A stretch of DNA of 64,000 bases from Endomicrobiales bacterium (GTDB lineage Bacteria; Elusimicrobiota; Endomicrobiia; Endomicrobiales; CAWCFT01). The notes below the pieces were generated by a model. The model saw nothing but the letters and a program-made list of their open reading frames with translations, ran no database searches and had not been told where the DNA came from. Of this stretch, positions 61,187 to 64,000 are shown piece by piece. Location: positions 96,001 to 160,000 of the forward strand of contig CAWCFT010000004.1 in the NCBI GenBank assembly GCA_963794945.1, in the 5' to 3' direction. The translations under genes and the position numbers were made by a program. Numbering within the stretch: position 1 is the stretch's first letter; every line of letters starts with the position of its first letter.

Positions 61187-61938
61187 TTACTCGATCTCAA
61201 CGGCCGCCTTTTCGTCGAAAGGGTTCTTTCTCATCGCGAGAGAAAACAGGTACGGGTAATTGTTCTTCAGGTGCTCCATGTATTCCAGCCACTGCCTGGC
61301 AAGGAGCGAGTAAACCCTTCTAGCGTCCCCCGCGATGTGGGTAAGGTCGTTTTCTGCAAGAGGCGATATTACCATCCTTGAAGCCAGCTCTTCTATTAGA
61401 TGGAAATAGGCAAGCAGGAGCTCGGTAAAAGACTCGTGCTCAAGCAGGTTAGGGTTTTCCATGAGCCTGAGGAGAAATTCCCGCTTTGACATCACAAAAC
61501 CCTTCAAACGGAGTATATCGAGTTTTTTTCGATCGATATCAAAGGGGTAAGACATCAACTCTTGTGTAAGCCTCGTAAAATCTTTTTCAGTCCAGGTACC
61601 TTTTACTATAAATTTTTCTTTAATACTTTCGATATTAGGGTCCGCATCCGATAAATACTCAAGAAGCCACCGCCAGCCTCGCTAAAGAAACTTCCTATTA
61701 CCATATTCAGTTTTTCAAGGCGCGAGCGTTTTTCCCGGTAAGTTAAAAGCCTATGAAGAACAAGCGTTACAATAAGCGCTTCAATTGGCAGAAAAGCTAT
61801 GTTGCCTACTAGATAGTTAGCTGTCTGAATTATATTTCCGAATATCAGCCAGTGCATCAAATATATAACGGCCGACAATATTATAAGAATCGATGCCAGG
61901 CCTAGCTCAAAATTGAAAATGTTTTTGGCGCGTTTCAT
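61187..61938 (-). CDS. Conserved hypothetical membrane protein (frame break near 61655)
   Basis: AFLPIE, KLNMVIGSFFSE; LLRLMENPNLLEHESFTELL, YPYLFSLA.R.NPF. Confidence 0.75.
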
Positions 61939-62678
61939 TTCATATTTCCTTGCGGTTTTGTGCTGGCCAGGTACATGAGGATCCCAGCGCTGACGGAAGC
62001 GTTGAGCGACTCCATGTCAACGCCTATAGGAATGCTTATGCTTGCCTTTGCCGATCGCCTTACCTCGTCAGAAAGGCCCGCCCCTTCGTTACCGATGCAC
62101 AACAGAAAACCTTTTGGCCACTCGAAGCCGCTGACGTCCCGTCCGCTGCGGTCCGCCGCTATAACAGTGAAAGGCGCCAGCTCTTCTATAGTCTCGATCT
62201 TTATAACATCCACTTTCCACAGCGAACCTGCCGCCGCCCTCGCCGCCTTGGGCGAGAAGGTGTCAACACAACCCGGGGTGATCACAACACCTTTAAACCC
62301 CAGGGCGCACGCCGTCCTTATTATAGTACCCATGTTGCCGGGGTCCTGGATCTTGTCAAGAAGTACATACCTTGCGCCGGGCAGTATGCTGGCGGGCGCG
62401 AGCAGGTTCATCTTAGCAACGGCTATAACACCCTGGCTGTTTTCAGTGGCAGAGATCGTTTCAAATACATCCTTTCTCACGCTGTAGGCGAGAGTGCTTT
62501 TTATTTCGGGAGGCTTAGCGTCTTCGCGGATGTAGAGTTCGACGATGCCATTTATTCCATCCAGCGCCCTTACGCCTTCGACAACGAACCTTTTCTGGTC
62601 ATAGCGGTAGGCTTTATCGGCCAGGAGCTTCTTTAAATGCTTTATCCTGTCATTGGTTTTCGAAGTTATTTCGATCAT
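61935..62678 (-). CDS. TrmH/SpoU family RNA methyltransferase
   Basis: ITS..N, VEG, QDPGN.GTIIR, GNEGAGL, ESLNASVS. Confidence 0.9.
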   Translation of the reverse strand: MIEITSKTNDRIKHLKKLLADKAYRYDQKRFVVEGVRALDGINGIVELYIREDAKPPEIKSTLAYSVRKDVFETISATENSQGVIAVAKMNLLAPASILPGARYVLLDKIQDPGNMGTIIRTACALGFKGVVITPGCVDTFSPKAARAAAGSLWKVDVIKIETIEELAPFTVIAADRSGRDVSGFEWPKGFLLCIGNEGAGLSDEVRRSAKASISIPIGVDMESLNASVSAGILMYLASTKPQGNMK

Positions 62679-62725
62679 TGAGGTTAATGTTACCAAACTA
62701 CGCCACATAAATCAAACAGTCGTTC

Positions 62726-62877
62726 GGGATGAACTTCAAAAAGACGGGAGGCATCGCAGCCGCCCTTGACTTTGAGTTCGGCAGAAAGCAAAGGCCGAAC
62801 TCAAAACACTTTTTTGAAATTCATCCCTCACTCTGCGGGAAATCCCCTCGTTCCTCATCAGCCGGAACTCGGGGATT
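62726..62877. repeat. Nested palindromic element plus adjacent hairpin in a divergent intergenic region
   Basis: GGGATGAACTTCAAAAA / TTTTTGAAATTCATCCC enclosing TTTGAGTTCGGC / GCCGAACTCAAA; then AATCCCC..GTTCC / GGAAC..GGGGATT. Confidence 0.75.
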
Positions 62878-62910
62878 AAGGATGGATCTAAAATATGATA
62901 TAATTCTTTT

Positions 62911-63213
62911 ATGAAATACTGCCACAAATGTTTAACTGAATGGGAAGGGATTGGGCAGCCGGGGATGAGGGATGTATGCCACAAGTGCAGAGCCGACCTT
63001 CACGCCTGCTTTAACTGCAAACATTATGATACTTCCAAATCAAACCAGTGTTATGCCAACATTGAAGAGCCAGTTATCTATAAGGATCGGTCGAACTTTT
63101 GTGAAGAATTTACTTTCTTTGAGAGAAAATCGCCGCCAAAGAACTCATCGGGGCTGGATCCTGTCCGGGCGCGAGAAGCCTTCGATAACATTTTTAATAA
63201 AAAGTTTACTTAG
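62911..63213 (+). CDS. Small Cys-rich putative zinc-binding protein
   Basis: CxxC, CxxC..LH.C.NC..Y, C..E..NFCEEF. Confidence 0.8.
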   Translation: MKYCHKCLTEWEGIGQPGMRDVCHKCRADLHACFNCKHYDTSKSNQCYANIEEPVIYKDRSNFCEEFTFFERKSPPKNSSGLDPVRAREAFDNIFNKKFT

Positions 63214-63244
63214 ATTTGACAAATAATGCACATGGAGACAAGCA

Positions 63245-63838
63245 ATGGGAATAAATACTTTCAAAGAAGTCAAATTTTTTATGAGCGTTGATTCCCCGCA
63301 AAAACTGGGGGACGCTAATTCTGAAGTGGCCTTTGTCGGACGCTCTAATGTCGGCAAGAGTTCGCTGCTCAACGCACTTTGCGGCAGGAACGGGCTTGCC
63401 AAGGTCTCAAAAACCCCAGGTAAAACGCGGGCAATAAACGTATTCTCGGTGACCCACGGCAAATGGATAATCGACTTGCCCGGCTACGGTTTTGCCGCTG
63501 TTGCAAGGGACGCGCAGGATAAATGGCAGCATATGATAGAATATTATATTTCCGGGAGAGATTCGCTTGAGGCCGTTTTTGTTCTGATTGACGCAAACGT
63601 AGGCGTTACAAAACTTGACCGGCAGATGATCTTATGGCTCAGCAGTATCGGGATGCCTTACCGTATAGTTGCCAACAAGATAGACCGCATAGCGCAACCA
63701 AAACTTGAAGAGCAGCGCCGAGCTCTTGCGCAGGAGCTGGAAGTCGTGCCGGAATACATCATATGGGTAAGCGCGAAGAAAGGCATCGGCATAAATGAGT
63801 TACAATCCGCTGTTTCGGACATACTTGGATTAAAATAA
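63245..63838 (+). CDS. yihA: Ribosome biogenesis GTPase YihA/EngB
   Basis: GRSNVGKSSL, SKTPGKT, DLPGYG, NKID, SAKK. Confidence 0.96.
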   Translation: MGINTFKEVKFFMSVDSPQKLGDANSEVAFVGRSNVGKSSLLNALCGRNGLAKVSKTPGKTRAINVFSVTHGKWIIDLPGYGFAAVARDAQDKWQHMIEYYISGRDSLEAVFVLIDANVGVTKLDRQMILWLSSIGMPYRIVANKIDRIAQPKLEEQRRALAQELEVVPEYIIWVSAKKGIGINELQSAVSDILGLK

Positions 63839-63895
63839 GCAAACCCAGTTAAACGGGAATGGCTACAAAAGCAAGATATATTTCCTTATCCTAGA

Positions 63896-63924
63896 TTGAC
63901 AAACTATGTTTTTTTTGGTATCTT
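63896..63924 (+). promoter_or_regulatory. Sigma70 promoter of the tRNA
   Basis: TTGACA-17 nt-TATCTT with TG extension, 16 nt before the tRNA. Confidence 0.7.
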
Positions 63925-63940
63925 TAAGTCCCTAGTTTAT

Positions 63941-64000
63941 GCCGACGTAGCTCAGCTGGTAGAGCAATGGTTTTGTAAACCATTGGTCGGAGGTTCAAGT
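63941..64000 (+). tRNA. tRNA-Thr(TGT), truncated by the window end
   Basis: GCCGACG acceptor, TAGCTCAGCTGGTAGAGC D arm, ATGGT-TTTGTAA-ACCAT anticodon arm, GGTTCAA T loop. Confidence 0.93.

Noticed and set aside
4700..61660. Split genes as pseudogenes, programmed frameshifts or an alternative genetic code
   Set aside because: The breaks are frame changes, not in-frame stops. They hit essential genes and show no common slippery motif, so sequencing indels are the simplest explanation.

Overview
A gene-dense core region of a diderm bacterial chromosome (six-domain RpsA, LolA-like protein, predicted outer-membrane barrel). Gene content suggests Elusimicrobiota or a similar uncultured anaerobe, but this is inference only. 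About 20 single-base frame breaks in about 16 genes, including essential ftsZ, ftsA, ftsQ, glyA, cysS and ispF, point to uncorrected long-read indels rather than pseudogenes. Layout: (i) a LolD/FtsX/LolA-like/barrel export operon (207-6463, minus). (ii) A ~36 kb minus-strand run: DUF4912-GH57-LysM-HD-GYP-rsmI-argC-argJ-tsaC-glyA-tagO-[OsmC, GIY-YIG islet]-wecB-NTPase-rlmI-MarC-queF-murC-murB-ddl-ftsQAZ-pilT-pgeF-pheA-hisC-aroF-tyrA-aroA-cmk/plsC-ispH-rpsA. (iii) A plus-strand TPR-aroE-PIN/TRAM-ispD-ispF-cysS-rlmB operon. (iv) A minus-strand accessory block: TPR-metallopeptidase, CsgG-like lipoprotein, orphan Pycsar-type effector, APC permease, large secreted C1A protease, MgtE-N plus NRAMP-like pair, TrmH. 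(v) yihA and a truncated tRNA-Thr(TGT). The most striking unexplained signal is non-coding. At least 14 spacers between co-directional genes hold elements built as a degenerate 7- or 8-mer tandem arm, a spacer, and an inverted tandem arm, in several sequence classes. A related heptamer triplet sits in frame inside tyrA, a different palindrome sits in frame inside rlmI, and several larger MITE/REP-like elements are present, yet no mobilising gene lies in the window.
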